This document shows positions 48,100-59,275 of a stretch of 64,000 nucleotides of DNA, piece after piece. Location of the stretch: assembly GCF_055900595.2 (NCBI RefSeq), contig NZ_CM148325.1. One strand, written 5' to 3'. The notes under the pieces were generated by a model. It saw nothing but the letters and a program-made list of their open reading frames with translations, had not been told where the DNA came from and made no database searches. The first letter of the stretch is position 1; each line of letters begins with the position of its first letter. A program made the position numbers and the translations under genes.

Positions 48100-49517
48100 T
48101 ACTCGATCCTTATCTGGCAGCCTGACAGAGTGACAGGTGACTTAGTGATAACACGCAATTTGAAGCCGACATTTTTCCTGATGCGCCCAACTCGCTTCCA
48201 CAAAACGCGTTTGTCGTAAACGAACGGTTCATTCTGCTCAATCATCTGCTCACGCCCGTAATTGATGCCGTCAGTGGTTGCAGAGAGAAAAAGGCGGTCA
48301 GCATACTGCGCAACTCCAGTTGACGATTCAACTTCAAGGTCGAAAACTCTGGCGTTATCCGCTTTGAACAACGGAGTAAACAGCAGGTGTTCCTGCTGCT
48401 TGTCGTACTGACTGCTGATATCGAACTGCAATTTCCCGGTCACCGATTCCAGCTTATCGCCGCACGTTATCTGATTTCCTTCGTAAATGAAGTCGATAGC
48501 GCGGTACACATCGTCATACAAGCCTGTTTTCAGTACACACCATTGCGGACCATTGGCGCTTGAAGATGCGTCGTACACGAGGACGTGACGCGGAAGGTGG
48601 ATAATCAGCAACTCATGAGCATCAAATCTCAGAGACTCCATCACACCATCAGCCAGTTCATCAGCAGTGTAGGAGCGTAGTATTTTCTCAATGCTCGCGC
48701 TGGCGATTGGTGATACCTGACCGGAGCCGATGATGTATACAGATGGCGCACCAGTTGCCGGATTGCTGATGAACGCATACGAATCAGCGAATGGCGTTTT
48801 GCAGTAAGTCCCGGCAATGCCTTTCTGCACCATCAGCGATGGCTGTGCGACATACAAAGCGGCACCAACGGTGGTTGCGCCAGTCAGGGAGAAATATTCA
48901 ATCGTCGATGAACCAAAGCAGACGATGAAGTCTCGCCATGTTCCGATGCCGATGATGCCGTCCGGCTGCGATTCTGCGCGATATTGTGCGCTGTAGCGGT
49001 CAGGATGTGATTCGTCTTCAAGGTCAGTGATAAACCATGAATCAGTGCCGTCTTTTGACCACGCATAACGGCCACGTAAGCGCGTAATGTCGCGGACTGA
49101 GCCTAACTCGTACTGTGTGAATCCGCTGTCTGTAGGCCAGTTTGAGACGGTTTTAACCGTGCCATCATAGCGATACTCGACCAGTTGACCATTAACGCCT
49201 ACCGCCTGTGATGTCCGACCATGCGCCATTGATACACGACCACTTCCGGCGACGTCACCGACTTCGCTTTCGCCTTTGTAGAGCTTGCCGCCACACACAC
49301 GATAAACAGCATTCTGCGCCATGTTGTACTCGACGCCGCGCGATACGCCGTTTACATCAGAGCGTTTGGCAATGCCCGGGAATGAGCGAAGATATCCGCT
49401 GCTGTTCAGGATTTCTTTGGGTGTAGCCAACATATTCACTGGCAGATAGTCGATATAGTCGGCGTTTCGAAAGTCTTTGCCGACACCTTTCATAAGCGGA
49501 AGTTGCTGAATCGGCAT
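48099..49517 (-). CDS. Tail accessory (hub) protein, P22 gp10-like
   Basis: 472 aa ([49 protein letters not shown]...), matching P22 gp10 in size and N-terminus. Confidence 0.88.
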   Translation of the reverse strand: MPIQQLPLMKGVGKDFRNADYIDYLPVNMLATPKEILNSSGYLRSFPGIAKRSDVNGVSRGVEYNMAQNAVYRVCGGKLYKGESEVGDVAGSGRVSMAHGRTSQAVGVNGQLVEYRYDGTVKTVSNWPTDSGFTQYELGSVRDITRLRGRYAWSKDGTDSWFITDLEDESHPDRYSAQYRAESQPDGIIGIGTWRDFIVCFGSSTIEYFSLTGATTVGAALYVAQPSLMVQKGIAGTYCKTPFADSYAFISNPATGAPSVYIIGSGQVSPIASASIEKILRSYTADELADGVMESLRFDAHELLIIHLPRHVLVYDASSSANGPQWCVLKTGLYDDVYRAIDFIYEGNQITCGDKLESVTGKLQFDISSQYDKQQEHLLFTPLFKADNARVFDLEVESSTGVAQYADRLFLSATTDGINYGREQMIEQNEPFVYDKRVLWKRVGRIRKNVGFKLRVITKSPVTLSGCQIRIE

Positions 49518-49526
49518 TTATTCACC

Positions 49527-49988
49527 TCACGTACTCGGATCATCTTTCTCGATGTAAAACCGATTCCACGTAAACGCGCTTTTGTTACCACTACCGCGAG
49601 GCATGTCATTTCGCCGCTCAAGTGGTGGTATTTTGGTTAAAGCGATACAGATTGTCTGATATGCACTGTCAGCAGCGGTAAGGAGAACGTCTGACGGCTG
49701 AATGACGTTATCCATGCACACTTGCACAGCGAGTTTCAAAGCGACGCCATCATTTGCCCATGCAGGGATACCTGAATCATCGTCAGGTAACGGCATGATG
49801 CCATTTTCTGTATCCGCAAACTGATATCCAAGCTCGATACCTTTCGCCTGCCATGCTGCCATCATGTCTTCGAGGTCATTAATGGCATCTTCAATTGCCT
49901 GAGGGTCGGCATCTGTCAACGTGGCATTGGAATACAGCCCGGCTTTTCGTAAAGCCTTAAGAACGAGATCACCCTTCGTTTTCGCCAT
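49527..49988 (-). CDS. Head-to-tail adaptor, P22 gp4-like
   Basis: 153 aa (MAKTKGDLVLKALRKAGLYSNATLTDADPQAIEDAINDLEDMMAAW...) parallels P22 gp4. Confidence 0.8.
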   Translation of the reverse strand: MAKTKGDLVLKALRKAGLYSNATLTDADPQAIEDAINDLEDMMAAWQAKGIELGYQFADTENGIMPLPDDDSGIPAWANDGVALKLAVQVCMDNVIQPSDVLLTAADSAYQTICIALTKIPPLERRNDMPRGSGNKSAFTWNRFYIEKDDPST

Positions 49989-50157
49989 CTTCTTCCGCCT
50001 TAGCCACTTTTTGCTTCGTTGCGGTTTCTTCAGGAGTTTTTACCCAGCCTTTTTTCAGGTGAGATTTAACTTCTTCGTCATCAACAATGATGTAATCGAC
50101 AGTAAACTGACCACAGGTGATCATGTTGCCCGGCTTATAGAGCATTGTTCGTGCCAT
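49969..50157 (-). CDS. Small hypothetical protein downstream of the coat gene (62 aa)
   Basis: The ATG at 50157 is preceded by GGGAGAA (MARTMLYKPGNMITCGQFTVDYIIVDDEEV...). The track ORF starts further upstream. Confidence 0.55.
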   Translation of the reverse strand: MARTMLYKPGNMITCGQFTVDYIIVDDEEVKSHLKKGWVKTPEETATKQKVAKAEEDGENEG

Positions 50158-50198
50158 TGTCTTCTCCCAATAAAAATGGGGCCGAAGCCCCACCAAAA

Positions 50199-51458
50199 TT
50201 ACTGCCCGGCAATAACGATGCCCGTATATTCAGGAACAAGTACAGAGCAACCGTACAGAGTGGTGAAACGAGCAGTGGTTACGCCTTTGATGTGGTCGAA
50301 GGCGTAAGACATGATCAGCGTAGCGCCCTGCTCGGTGGTTGCTGTCATTACCTGTGGACCCTGACCAGTCGGGAACGCCAGTTTGCCGTACATCAGCTCA
50401 ACAGAACCATCAGCCCAGAACAGGTTAGCAGGTGCTGCGTTCTTGTTGAGAATGGTGATTGCTGCAGTTTCTGCCGGCTTGGCATCGACGTTTGCATATG
50501 GACGGCTCGCAACATCGGCATTTTCAACAGGGAGAATCTTTGGAGAGATTGTTACGGTGGTTCCTGCTGTGTCTACTGCCAGAACGCGGAATACCTGCGG
50601 CTGCCCGGTGGTATCTTTGGTGATCTGGTGTACGGAATTCACACCTGCGATGGTAAACGCATCGCCAACCTGCAAGCCTTTAGCAGATACCGTAATAGTC
50701 CCCTGTCGGTTATCAACTGGCATACCATTTGAATCTTTCGCTTCAACCTTGTGTTCAGGTTGGCCTGATACTGTCAAGGATTCAGCGCTTCCTTTCGGTA
50801 ATCGACCAGAAATATCGGTCTTGTAGCTATCAAAGGAAGCAACCGGAGGGATCTGCGCTTTTTCGTATGCTGTCAGGGTTGCGCCCTGAGCGTAGGCACG
50901 GTGCCCAAGCTCGCCAGCAAGGTCTTTGTAGTTGAAGGGGTTCCAGAAAGAGCGACGGTTGATACCCTGAGGTACACCAATCGCCGTCATGGTGGCATCA
51001 ATATCTGCCGCACCATTCCACAAGGCAAGGCCCCGTGAGCCATTTTCTGAGGCAGGAATTGCGACCACGTTAGTAGCACGCTGCGTGACCATGGAAATCA
51101 GGTCAGAGTCAATCTGTGCAGCAAGGCGCATACCTGCGGCGCGACCAGCTTCAGTTTTATGTTCCGGGTCACGCATTTCACGCGCATCCAGAGTGTACAG
51201 AATGTTTTTCGGCTCCTTGAACACAGAAGGAACAAGGCGCTGAACCAGTGCTGTTGGCGTTTTGCCGCTGAGGTCTAGGCCTTCCTCAATGTTCATGTGG
51301 TAATGCTGCGGACGATACAGAACATCACCTGCTCGCTGCATTGCTGTATCACCGGGACGGAATTTTTTAGCGTTACGGGAAACTACGCAGGCAGCCTCAA
51401 AGCCTTCAACGTAGTTTTCGAACATGATTTCAAGGTCTTTTGCTAATTGGTTAGCCAT
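50199..51458 (-). CDS. Major capsid (coat) protein, diverged P22 gp5 homolog
   Basis: 419 aa with local similarity to P22 gp5 (FWNPFNYKDLAGEL / FFNPQDYKKAGYDL; NLFWADGSVEL / NVFWADDAIRI). Located between the scaffold and adaptor genes. Confidence 0.85.
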   Translation of the reverse strand: MANQLAKDLEIMFENYVEGFEAACVVSRNAKKFRPGDTAMQRAGDVLYRPQHYHMNIEEGLDLSGKTPTALVQRLVPSVFKEPKNILYTLDAREMRDPEHKTEAGRAAGMRLAAQIDSDLISMVTQRATNVVAIPASENGSRGLALWNGAADIDATMTAIGVPQGINRRSFWNPFNYKDLAGELGHRAYAQGATLTAYEKAQIPPVASFDSYKTDISGRLPKGSAESLTVSGQPEHKVEAKDSNGMPVDNRQGTITVSAKGLQVGDAFTIAGVNSVHQITKDTTGQPQVFRVLAVDTAGTTVTISPKILPVENADVASRPYANVDAKPAETAAITILNKNAAPANLFWADGSVELMYGKLAFPTGQGPQVMTATTEQGATLIMSYAFDHIKGVTTARFTTLYGCSVLVPEYTGIVIAGQ

Positions 51459-51476
51459 GCTTAATGCTCCGATAGG

Positions 51477-52370
51477 TTATTTTTTTGCCTTTTTAGCGGC
51501 GAAATACGGCGTCCAGTCACCAGTTTCCAGCGCCTTGGCTTTCAGTTTGTCGAGGTTATTGATTACTGCGCCGTTGCTCCCCTTAACTGTCGGGATTGTG
51601 GCTGCCGTGGTTTTTGCTTTTGGCATGATTCTGGCCTTCGATTCGATACGTTCCAGCAGACGACCAATTGCTACGGGGTTGGTAGCTTCTGCCAGTTGCT
51701 TGCGCAGTTCAGCGTTGCGACCGAGCGCCAGAACAACGATTTCCGGCTTCTCTGACTCAAACAGGATCGCGTTTTGTGTCTCGATGGGGATTTCCTCGAG
51801 TACGGCCTGCTCAGCTTCCTGATAGCCAGGAACTTTGAGAGCCTTAACACGTTGCTGATATTTGGATAATCGCTCTTGATAGGCAGCCTGAAGCTCCTGC
51901 TCCTTCTGCTTGCGAGCCATCTCCTGTTGCTGGTACTTGCCGTTATCCTCTGCCCACTTAGCCATGCGTTGCTGGTAGATTTCTTCATCGAAACCGATGT
52001 CCTCATCATCCAGTTTTGGCATTCGCGGTGGTTGAGTGATTACCGGCTGCTGCTCGACAGATTTCTGAGACTGACGCATCAGCTCTTTCAGCTCGCGATC
52101 TTTCTCTTTAATCGTCTTGCGCAGGTGTTTTACCAGTCCATGCTCTGCGCTATCTTCGCTGGTTGGCGAATCCAGCTTTTCATCACCAAAGTAGAATTCC
52201 TGCTCTGATTCGTCGTCATCAGTTTCAGTAGCTTCCTCTGCATCATTGCCGGAGGACTCACTGCCATCTTCTGTTTCGACTTCTTCAGCCAGTTCGACAT
52301 CATCAGGAATCTGCTCTGACGCGTCGGTTTCGATTTCAACTTCTGGTGTGTTTTCTGCCATCTGGTCCAT
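51477..52370 (-). CDS. Scaffolding protein
   Basis: 297 aa with a highly acidic N-terminus and a charged helical body. Located between portal and coat. Confidence 0.8.
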   Translation of the reverse strand: MDQMAENTPEVEIETDASEQIPDDVELAEEVETEDGSESSGNDAEEATETDDDESEQEFYFGDEKLDSPTSEDSAEHGLVKHLRKTIKEKDRELKELMRQSQKSVEQQPVITQPPRMPKLDDEDIGFDEEIYQQRMAKWAEDNGKYQQQEMARKQKEQELQAAYQERLSKYQQRVKALKVPGYQEAEQAVLEEIPIETQNAILFESEKPEIVVLALGRNAELRKQLAEATNPVAIGRLLERIESKARIMPKAKTTAATIPTVKGSNGAVINNLDKLKAKALETGDWTPYFAAKKAKK

Positions 52371-52460
52371 TTGTTACCCCTGTTTACTCGATGTTCAGCC
52401 CATCGGAAGGCAATAGGGTGCCAGGCCTCATAAAGACAGCCATTGCACGTTATGGGTTAA

Positions 52461-54665
52461 TTACTGCTGTGGTTGTTGCTGAGTTGATTTTTGCAGGATG
52501 CTGTTGATGTCCATGCGCTGCGCATGACCCTGTGCCTGACTTTTCAGGACAAGCTCTGCATCAGCACGGGCATTGTCTCCTTGCTGTTGCTGGAACTGTC
52601 CGAGCAGTTTCAGAGCCTCGCGGATATCAGATTTCTGCTGGCTATCGGCAGATGCGAGGATTTTCACAACATTTGCCGCTGCAACCTGAGCATCAGTCTG
52701 TGCCTGGAATGCTTTAACCTGAATGGCTGCCTGTTCGTTCTGCGCTTTCTGCAATTCAGCCTGACCAGCAAGAAGCTGACCTTGCGCTGCAACCATAGCC
52801 GGATCTGGCTGACTGGCCTGTTGTTGTTTCGCCTGTTCAACCATCTGCTGTTCTTCAGGCGTTCTCGGCTTGATAACGCCAGACAGAAGCAACTGATTGC
52901 GGTTGTATTCTTTCAGGTCGTCCATCCCTTCGCCGTCCATATTGTCGAGAATCATCGACGATACAAGGTCGTGCTTCGGAGTTCCTGGTGGGATAAGTGC
53001 CAGCATGGAAAGTAACGACTTAACCGTTGCATCACGGCGAGTAGCGAACGACTGGCCAACATCGACAGTCACTTCATAGTTACCCTGCGAAAGGTCATTA
53101 AGCGCGATAACCTGCCCTGTCTGACGGTCAACCACTTCACCAGTCATCAGCGCCACGTCATCGCTGCCGTCCTCATTAACGATACGCATCGGCGTATCAC
53201 TGCCATAGACTTCACGAGCCATAGAAAGCCACACGACGCCAGCACGGCGCATGGATTTAGCCATGTTGTCCATGTAGATATAGGACTGCGTGTCCATCCG
53301 GTTAAAGATGCTATCAACGGTATCGGTAGCGACGTTGCTCGGCATGTTCTCAAGCTGCGACGCACCTGTAATTTGCTGAATAGCCGTTCCGGTGTACTGC
53401 AATAGCCCAGCAAGAGCAGGAGGCATTTGTGTCGGAGGTGTATAACTGCTGACCTGAGCCTGCGCAGTAATATCTCCGTTTTTGTTTTTCAGACTGACCA
53501 TCGGCAGGAACGCCGGGCGCTTTTTGTTGCGCTCCGCCCAATGAGTGGCAAGAGGACCAGGAATCATGTCAACATCAACTACAGGAATGCCATCGCCGCC
53601 AGCCTGAGTGGCGTTATCTGCAATCATGGAAACCATCAGGTTCTCAAGACGCTGTGCATCCATCGCTTTTGCTGCGTGGCCTTCGATTCGCTCCTGATTA
53701 TCAACAAATGATCGACGCCCATATACCGGGATGAGAGGAATATGTTCGCCCGGAATACGCTTCGGTTCTTCCAGCCATTCAGCGCCAGACAGAAGACCGC
53801 AATAAACTCTGCGTTTCTTCACTGTCCGCTCACCAATCAGTTCGAATGCGCCATCGGTCAGCTCGTCGACAATATCTTTGATTTGCTCTTCATCATAGAT
53901 TGCCGTTTCTCCGCTGACAGGGTTGCGCCATGCCGTGAGCTTCACCTTCTCTATGCGAACTTCGTAGTAGCGACCAACATAGATAGCATCAGGGGTTGAC
54001 CAGTCATATTGAGTGCCAGTGTCATCACGAGAAAGGCTTGCTGCGATGGAATCAGGGTATTCAGCCTCGAACGCTTTAGGCGTCATGGAGAACATTTCCA
54101 TAGCCCACATAGCATCAGAGCGGTCATATTGCTTGCTGTCCTGATCGAAGAAGACGCATGTCGCCGGGTCGTAAACAGGAAGAAGGCTGATGCGTCGCTG
54201 CTCGTTACTTGGGTCCATTTCATCTTCGTAATCGGCACACATGCGGAAACAACCGAATCCGCCCGTTACGGCATCATCAAATGCGTTATCACACGCTTCG
54301 CCACCGGATGTTTCCTGATAGTCAGCGCGGAATTTGCCGTTCATCTTTTCGGCTAACGCTTCCGATGCCTTATCGTCCTTCGGCCTGAATTTAACGCTTA
54401 TGCGATTCTGTCGATACTCGCCAATGATGCGATCACATTCACGGGCAATCTTATTCAGTTCAAAGCGCGGGTAATGCTCAAACCTTCCTTCATCAAATGA
54501 GTAACCAGCGTTTGTGCTGCCTTCCCACTGTGCGCCGGACACCCGGACGAAACGTTGAGCCTCAATAATCTGCTCTCGCATATCCTGCGTTGCTGACCAG
54601 GCATTATCAAAGTTGCACAGCACCTTGCGATGCCAGTAAGTCATCTTTCTATCATCAGCCATCAT
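52461..54665 (-). CDS. Portal protein (P22 gp1-like)
   Basis: About 734 aa. The start MMADD overlaps the terminase stop (ATGA) and is preceded by GGAG. The long Gln/Ala-rich C-terminal helix (...QGQLLAGQAELQKAQNEQAAIQVKAFQAQ...) is like the P22 portal barrel. Confidence 0.88.
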   Translation of the reverse strand: MMADDRKMTYWHRKVLCNFDNAWSATQDMREQIIEAQRFVRVSGAQWEGSTNAGYSFDEGRFEHYPRFELNKIARECDRIIGEYRQNRISVKFRPKDDKASEALAEKMNGKFRADYQETSGGEACDNAFDDAVTGGFGCFRMCADYEDEMDPSNEQRRISLLPVYDPATCVFFDQDSKQYDRSDAMWAMEMFSMTPKAFEAEYPDSIAASLSRDDTGTQYDWSTPDAIYVGRYYEVRIEKVKLTAWRNPVSGETAIYDEEQIKDIVDELTDGAFELIGERTVKKRRVYCGLLSGAEWLEEPKRIPGEHIPLIPVYGRRSFVDNQERIEGHAAKAMDAQRLENLMVSMIADNATQAGGDGIPVVDVDMIPGPLATHWAERNKKRPAFLPMVSLKNKNGDITAQAQVSSYTPPTQMPPALAGLLQYTGTAIQQITGASQLENMPSNVATDTVDSIFNRMDTQSYIYMDNMAKSMRRAGVVWLSMAREVYGSDTPMRIVNEDGSDDVALMTGEVVDRQTGQVIALNDLSQGNYEVTVDVGQSFATRRDATVKSLLSMLALIPPGTPKHDLVSSMILDNMDGEGMDDLKEYNRNQLLLSGVIKPRTPEEQQMVEQAKQQQASQPDPAMVAAQGQLLAGQAELQKAQNEQAAIQVKAFQAQTDAQVAAANVVKILASADSQQKSDIREALKLLGQFQQQQGDNARADAELVLKSQAQGHAQRMDINSILQKSTQQQPQQ

Positions 54666-56158
54666 CCAACTCCGCAAGGTATGTTGTAGCTTGAGTAATC
54701 AATCTCTTTAGGATCTTTGATGTCTCGCATCTGTATTGCATAACGCCTCATCATGTAGCCATAGCGAACAGCAGAAAGGATGTCGTCATTTAGCTTGACG
54801 ATCTTCCCGTTCTCATCGCGGTGATACAGGCGAAACTCTTCAAAGAATGGCTCGCAGGTGTTAAATACCTTGAAACGACCGTCGAGCATCATGTCGCGTA
54901 TCTCTGCTATCCCTGGTTCGACCGCATTACCTCCATCAGGCCATGTTGCATGATCTGGCAACATGTCGAACCCAGCGTCGGCGTATTGTTCCTTGAGCTG
55001 AGCGCCGCCTCCCTTTTCGTGCTGATGCCCGTCATGAGGCCAAGCCGTAGGGGTGTTTTTGCTCCATGCTTTAACAGCACTCCATGCCTCTGTCGCCTTC
55101 TTCTGTTTGGCCTTCCAGACGCGAGAAAGATAAATCACGTCCTCGTCTTTATCCCACCAAAGCTGGATATGTGCCTGTGGGTGATCCCATCCGAAGTCCA
55201 TTGCATTGATGACGTAGAAGTGATCAGGACACTCGAACGGCTGACACTTAATCGTCTCTTCCGGTATCTGGAAGATTCGACCGCTACCCATCGTAGGAAT
55301 ACCGCGAGCACGCGCCTCTCTCTCATGCTCGGGATAGGATGCGATGATTTGCTCTTTCTGCTCGTCGGTGTAGTGCTCAGCGTCATAGATGGTCATGTTG
55401 ACCACTTTCTGCGACTTGCTGGGATTCTTCAGGAACTTGGTAACAACGTCAGACATCCCCATCAGCGGGGTAAACGTCAGAATTGAGAATTGCCCGTATT
55501 TGTTGGTACGGGTAAGACCTTCGCCATAAATGCTGTATGGTGGCTCTTCGTCAAACCACACGCCGTGGATTGTGTCACCCTGCCAGCGAGCGCGGCCTTG
55601 CGAGTATGGTTTGAAGTAGCAGATTGAAATGCCATCTTCAACGCCATCGGCCGTGTGATGCTTAACCAGAAGATGATCAACAAGGTTCGGAAAGAAAGGA
55701 GACTTCTTCCAGCTAATGATGTCTTCTTTAGGTATGGAACCGTAGCCTGGCTCATCATTCTCTTCGATACGACCACACAGGATGCGTTGAGTCGTTTTGG
55801 TTACAGTCTCGTTTGTCTCGCCGCCAATCCAGAAGACAACAGGCTCATAGAAACGCTTACCTTTCCACTCACCGCCATATTTACCATCAGCAGGATAGCC
55901 TTTTGTGCCCGGATAACGCCCGGTAAGGTGAAACGCGACTTCAGCAGCACCAGTAAATGACTTACCAAGCTGGTTACCAGCCATAAAACATCGCTCTGGA
56001 TAGTCATGCCCGGCGTCGATGAACTCACGCTGTTTGCTGTATGGCGTAAATTCATATAGCAGGTGTGTGTTACGGTAGTTCTCTTCTTCTTCGAGTAGCT
56101 CGAGCAATTCGATTTGCTCTTCGTCGCTCAGGTTATCAAGAATCGCGTCCAGTTCCAC
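54662..56158 (-). CDS. Terminase large subunit (P22 gp2-like)
   Basis: 498 aa; same size and position as P22 gp2. Walker A-like segment [10 protein letters not shown]. Confidence 0.9.
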   Translation of the reverse strand: MELDAILDNLSDEEQIELLELLEEEENYRNTHLLYEFTPYSKQREFIDAGHDYPERCFMAGNQLGKSFTGAAEVAFHLTGRYPGTKGYPADGKYGGEWKGKRFYEPVVFWIGGETNETVTKTTQRILCGRIEENDEPGYGSIPKEDIISWKKSPFFPNLVDHLLVKHHTADGVEDGISICYFKPYSQGRARWQGDTIHGVWFDEEPPYSIYGEGLTRTNKYGQFSILTFTPLMGMSDVVTKFLKNPSKSQKVVNMTIYDAEHYTDEQKEQIIASYPEHEREARARGIPTMGSGRIFQIPEETIKCQPFECPDHFYVINAMDFGWDHPQAHIQLWWDKDEDVIYLSRVWKAKQKKATEAWSAVKAWSKNTPTAWPHDGHQHEKGGGAQLKEQYADAGFDMLPDHATWPDGGNAVEPGIAEIRDMMLDGRFKVFNTCEPFFEEFRLYHRDENGKIVKLNDDILSAVRYGYMMRRYAIQMRDIKDPKEIDYSSYNIPCGVG

Positions 56159-56624
56159 GGTTGAATAGCTCCTTGATACGAGAGCGTCGCTTATCGCGAT
56201 CTCCCTTATCAGGTGTCACGTCTTCAACTTGCGACTGCTCTTTGAGGCCCAAATCACGGGCGATGATGTTAGCGTTGAGAAGGTCAGCAGCAGCGCCAGA
56301 GAATTTCTGGTCGTAGATGACCTGTTCTGCTCGCGTAACGACTTCAGATAAATCTTCTCGCAGGCGATATGTGCGCCATGTTTCAAGCGTCACATCAATG
56401 AACAGAGTGAGTCCGGTAATGGTCATCGCTCGCATCTTGGCGATAGGCTCTTGTATCACTTCACCCTGATACGAGAACGCCTTCATCTCCCATAGCGGGT
56501 TAGCTTCCACCCACTCGAAGTATTCACAACAAGCAGCCCACAGCGCCTCAGGCGATTCGAATTTAGGGTTTCGCCCATGACTACTGCGGGCCTCCCAAAA
56601 TCGGTTGCCCTTTGGTGCTGCCAT
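56136..56624 (-). CDS. Terminase small subunit (P22 gp3-type, 162 aa)
   Basis: [56 protein letters not shown]... appears essentially the same as P22 gp3 as I recall it. Start trimmed to that Met. Confidence 0.9.
   Translation of the reverse strand: MAAPKGNRFWEARSSHGRNPKFESPEALWAACCEYFEWVEANPLWEMKAFSYQGEVIQEPIAKMRAMTITGLTLFIDVTLETWRTYRLREDLSEVVTRAEQVIYDQKFSGAAADLLNANIIARDLGLKEQSQVEDVTPDKGDRDKRRSRIKELFNRGTGRDS
56336..56357 (-). other. P22-type pac site inside the small terminase gene
   Basis: The minus strand reads GAAGATTTATCTGAAGTCGTTA, which I recall as the 22 bp P22 pac sequence within gene 3. Confidence 0.65.
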
Positions 56625-56647
56625 ATTCATCTCACTTAGTTGTTATT

Positions 56648-57046
56648 TCAGGCTGATGACTCTTTCGCGCTTTCAATCAGTGACTGCTTCAGCAAGTAAC
56701 CTTCGAGCATCCAGATTTTGTTTACAGCATTCTGCCGGGCAATCTTCCGACCAATTTCTGCATCAAAGTTTTCCGGGCTTGCACAGGCACTCTCTCCGGT
56801 GACGGTGAAGCCATTCTTCAGCACCAGTACGCAGAAAGTGAGCAACTTCAATGGTGATAAATCACGATCGCCTTCTTCTGGTTTTTCCCTGCCACAATAT
56901 TCGTTGCTGGAAATGGCACCATTACGTCCATCATAAGCAGTAAAGTAATGCTCGCTTTTAATCACGTCTTCGATGTGCTGAGGAGTGATTCGCGGGGCTG
57001 TTTTGCCTTTCTCAACGATTTCTTTTTCGATTTGCTGGTCGCTCAT
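56648..57046 (-). CDS. Phage protein of the N4 gp49 / Sf6 gp66 family
   Basis: 132 aa (…LLTFCVLVLKNGFTVTGESACASPENFDAEIGRKIARQNAVNKIWMLEGYLLKQ), the typical signature of that family. Located just upstream of the terminase genes. Confidence 0.65.
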   Translation of the reverse strand: MSDQQIEKEIVEKGKTAPRITPQHIEDVIKSEHYFTAYDGRNGAISSNEYCGREKPEEGDRDLSPLKLLTFCVLVLKNGFTVTGESACASPENFDAEIGRKIARQNAVNKIWMLEGYLLKQSLIESAKESSA

Positions 57047-57334
57047 AATTATGACCCTGTAGAGTGGTTGCTTGATTAGGATGTCTTTCCATCAGTCCGC
57101 CACCACAAAGAATCTTTTTTGCCATAAGGCAGGAGGTTCATCTTTCAGTGGCTGCCGGTGTTATTTCCCCACTTACTGGCTTGGGTTGCTTCGTGGTACT
57201 GCCGTAACTGGTTGCCAAGAATAAATTCCGGTTTCATTATCAAGCCCACCCGTAGATGGGCTTTGTAATGGATAGCCGTTGCTCAGTTCTCGTAATGCTT
57301 TGATTTTTCCGATAACGCAGTTTTGCGTTTGCCA

Positions 57335-57856
57335 TCAGCACGCGATATCGAGAGTCAACTGCAGTTGCTCGCGCCAGTACTCAACATTTGCTTCAATAAC
57401 CGGCTTATCCCATCGCCAGCGAGCCATCTCTCTTGCCCCATTGCTGGCTTTTGATTTCCGGTCATCGCGAATGCGACATGCTTGCTCATATTTCTGCTGC
57501 TCAGTCAGTTCACCGCGAAGCAGACTATCAATGTGCAGGTCGCACCACACAGCAAAACGAGCATCACACCAACGGGCAAATGCAACTGAAAGTTTTGGAT
57601 GTAGCCACGTACCACCACCCCTGTCCTTTCGTGCCTTGCTGGTTTTTACATACCTCGATTGTGAGGGATGTAAAATTTGAGATTCTTTCCCGGTCAACGC
57701 TTCGTCTAAAGCACGAACGTATTCAAGCGTTTCTGCCAAACGCATCCAGTTATCAATGCGTTTCCCAAATCTCTCAGCAACACCTGTGACGTTGATCCAA
57801 CCATCAGTGTTGAAACTGACAATTTCACCTTTGTAATTAAGTGGCACGATATTCAT
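57335..57856 (-). CDS. KilA-N domain-containing protein
   Basis: 173 aa (MNIVPLNYKGEIVSFNTDGWINVTGVAERFGKRIDNWMRLAETLEYVRAL...GGGTWLHPKLSVAFARWCDARFAVWCD) is a typical KilA-N pattern. Confidence 0.7.
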   Translation of the reverse strand: MNIVPLNYKGEIVSFNTDGWINVTGVAERFGKRIDNWMRLAETLEYVRALDEALTGKESQILHPSQSRYVKTSKARKDRGGGTWLHPKLSVAFARWCDARFAVWCDLHIDSLLRGELTEQQKYEQACRIRDDRKSKASNGAREMARWRWDKPVIEANVEYWREQLQLTLDIAC

Positions 57857-58002
57857 AACGTTTACCTACCATTTGAAATGAACCTTTGCCGCATAGGAAA
57901 CCAGCCCACCGAGGCTCGCCAGCACTAACTGGTATCCTCAAAGGCCCATTCCAAAGGGGCAGGTTCGGTGTAAAAAACATGCGTTGCGGTACGCATTTAT
58001 TG

Positions 58003-58026
58003 CAAAAAGCCCCGCATCGCGAGGCT
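58003..58026 (-). terminator. Hairpin plus T-run downstream of Rz
   Basis: The minus strand reads agcctcgcgatgcggggctttttg. A second hairpin (gcgtaccgcaacgc + tttttt) lies at 57972-57994. Confidence 0.55.
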
Positions 58027-58057
58027 CATTAAATTGACTTTGTGATTTGCAAAAAAA

Positions 58058-58495
58058 TTATTTCAGGCATTGCGTCCTGATGTATTCCTGCAGGTAGTTA
58101 ACCTGCGCGGTTATCTTGTCGATTCCACTTCGGAGACGGTAATAATTGAGTTCAGCATCTGCTGTAAGTCTTGGGCTTTCTCCATCGCCCATGCCGCTGG
58201 CTCCGGTCTTTGACTTTGCACAGGAGGCGGCGACTTGCAGCCGCTTACGCCCAGCAGAAACATCATCACGGAGACTTTCGATAGTCGCGTTAGCATCAGC
58301 AAGCTCCTTTGTATATCTGGCATCGAGTTCTGCTACATCACGTTGACGCTTCTGCATATCAGCGATGATGGATGTGGCTTTATCGCGCTGGTCTTTGTAG
58401 GCGATGGCGTTATCACGGTAATGATTAACAGCCCATGACAGGCAGACGATGATGCAGATAACCAGAGCGGAGATAATCGCGGTGACTCTGCTCAT
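58058..58495 (-). CDS. Rz: i-spanin Rz
   Basis: 145 aa with an N-terminal TM segment ([23 protein letters not shown]) and a coiled coil. Follows the endolysin gene. Confidence 0.88.
   Translation of the reverse strand: MSRVTAIISALVICIIVCLSWAVNHYRDNAIAYKDQRDKATSIIADMQKRQRDVAELDARYTKELADANATIESLRDDVSAGRKRLQVAASCAKSKTGASGMGDGESPRLTADAELNYYRLRSGIDKITAQVNYLQEYIRTQCLK
58111..58296 (-). CDS. Rz1: o-spanin Rz1 (lipoprotein embedded in Rz in the +1 frame)
   Basis: The embedded ORF encodes [36 protein letters not shown]... with a lipobox and a Pro-rich mature part. The exact start is uncertain. Confidence 0.7.
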   Translation of the reverse strand: MLTRLSKVSVMMFLLGVSGCKSPPPVQSQRPEPAAWAMEKAQDLQQMLNSIITVSEVESTR

Positions 58496-58968
58496 ACCTC
58501 AATCTCTCTGACCGTTCCGCCCTCTTCTTTGAATTTTGCAATCAGGCTGTCAGCCTTATGCTCGAACTGACCATAACCAGCCCCCGGCAGTGAAGCCCAG
58601 ATATTGCTGCAACGGTCGATAGCCTGACGGATATCACCGCGATCAATCATCGGTAAAGCGCCACGCTCTTTAATCTGCTGCAATGCCACAGCGTCCTGGC
58701 TTTTGGGAGAGAAGTCTTTCAGGCCAAGCTGCTTACGATAGGCATCCCACCAACGGGAAAGAAGCTGGTAACGTCCGGCTGCTGTTGATTTGAGTTTGGG
58801 GTTTAGCGTGACAAGTTTGCGAGGGTGATCGGAGTAATCAGTAAATAGCTCTCCGCCAACAATGACGTCATAACCATGATTTCTGGTTTTCTGACGTCCG
58901 TTATCTGTCCCCTCTGACCACGCCAGCATATCGAGGAACGCCTTACGTTGATTATTGATTTCCACCAT
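58492..58968 (-). CDS. R: Endolysin, lambda R-type lytic transglycosylase
   Basis: 158 aa ([51 protein letters not shown]...), nearly the lambda R sequence. Confidence 0.93.
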   Translation of the reverse strand: MVEINNQRKAFLDMLAWSEGTDNGRQKTRNHGYDVIVGGELFTDYSDHPRKLVTLNPKLKSTAAGRYQLLSRWWDAYRKQLGLKDFSPKSQDAVALQQIKERGALPMIDRGDIRQAIDRCSNIWASLPGAGYGQFEHKADSLIAKFKEEGGTVREIEV

Positions 58969-59275
58969 CTTCTACTCCGGCTTTTTTAGCAGCGAAGCGT
59001 TTGATAAGCGAACCAATCGAGTCAGTACCGATGTAGCCGATGAACACGCTCGTTATATAAGCGAGATTGCTACTTAGTCCGGCGAAGTCGAGAAGGTCAC
59101 GAATGAACCAGGCGATAATGGCGCACATCGTTGCGTCGATTACTGTTTTTGTAAACGCACCGCCATTATATCTGCCGCGAAGGTACGCCATTGCAAACGC
59201 AAGGATTGCCCCGATGCCTTGTTCCTTTGCCGCGAGAATGGCGGCTAACAGGTCATGTTTTTCTGGCATCTTCAT
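58952..59275 (-). CDS. S: Holin/antiholin, lambda S (dual-start MKM)
   Basis: 107 aa ([62 protein letters not shown]...), matching lambda S107/S105. Confidence 0.93.
   Translation of the reverse strand: MKMPEKHDLLAAILAAKEQGIGAILAFAMAYLRGRYNGGAFTKTVIDATMCAIIAWFIRDLLDFAGLSSNLAYITSVFIGYIGTDSIGSLIKRFAAKKAGVEDGGNQ

Noticed and set aside
57047..57334. Two tiny minus-strand ORFs (about 30 aa MKPEFILGNQLRQYHEATQASKWGNNTGSH and about 21 aa) and a stem agccca/tgggct in the gap upstream of the gp49-family gene.
   Set aside because: They are too short and lack recognisable signals or homology, and the hairpin has no T-run. I left them unannotated.
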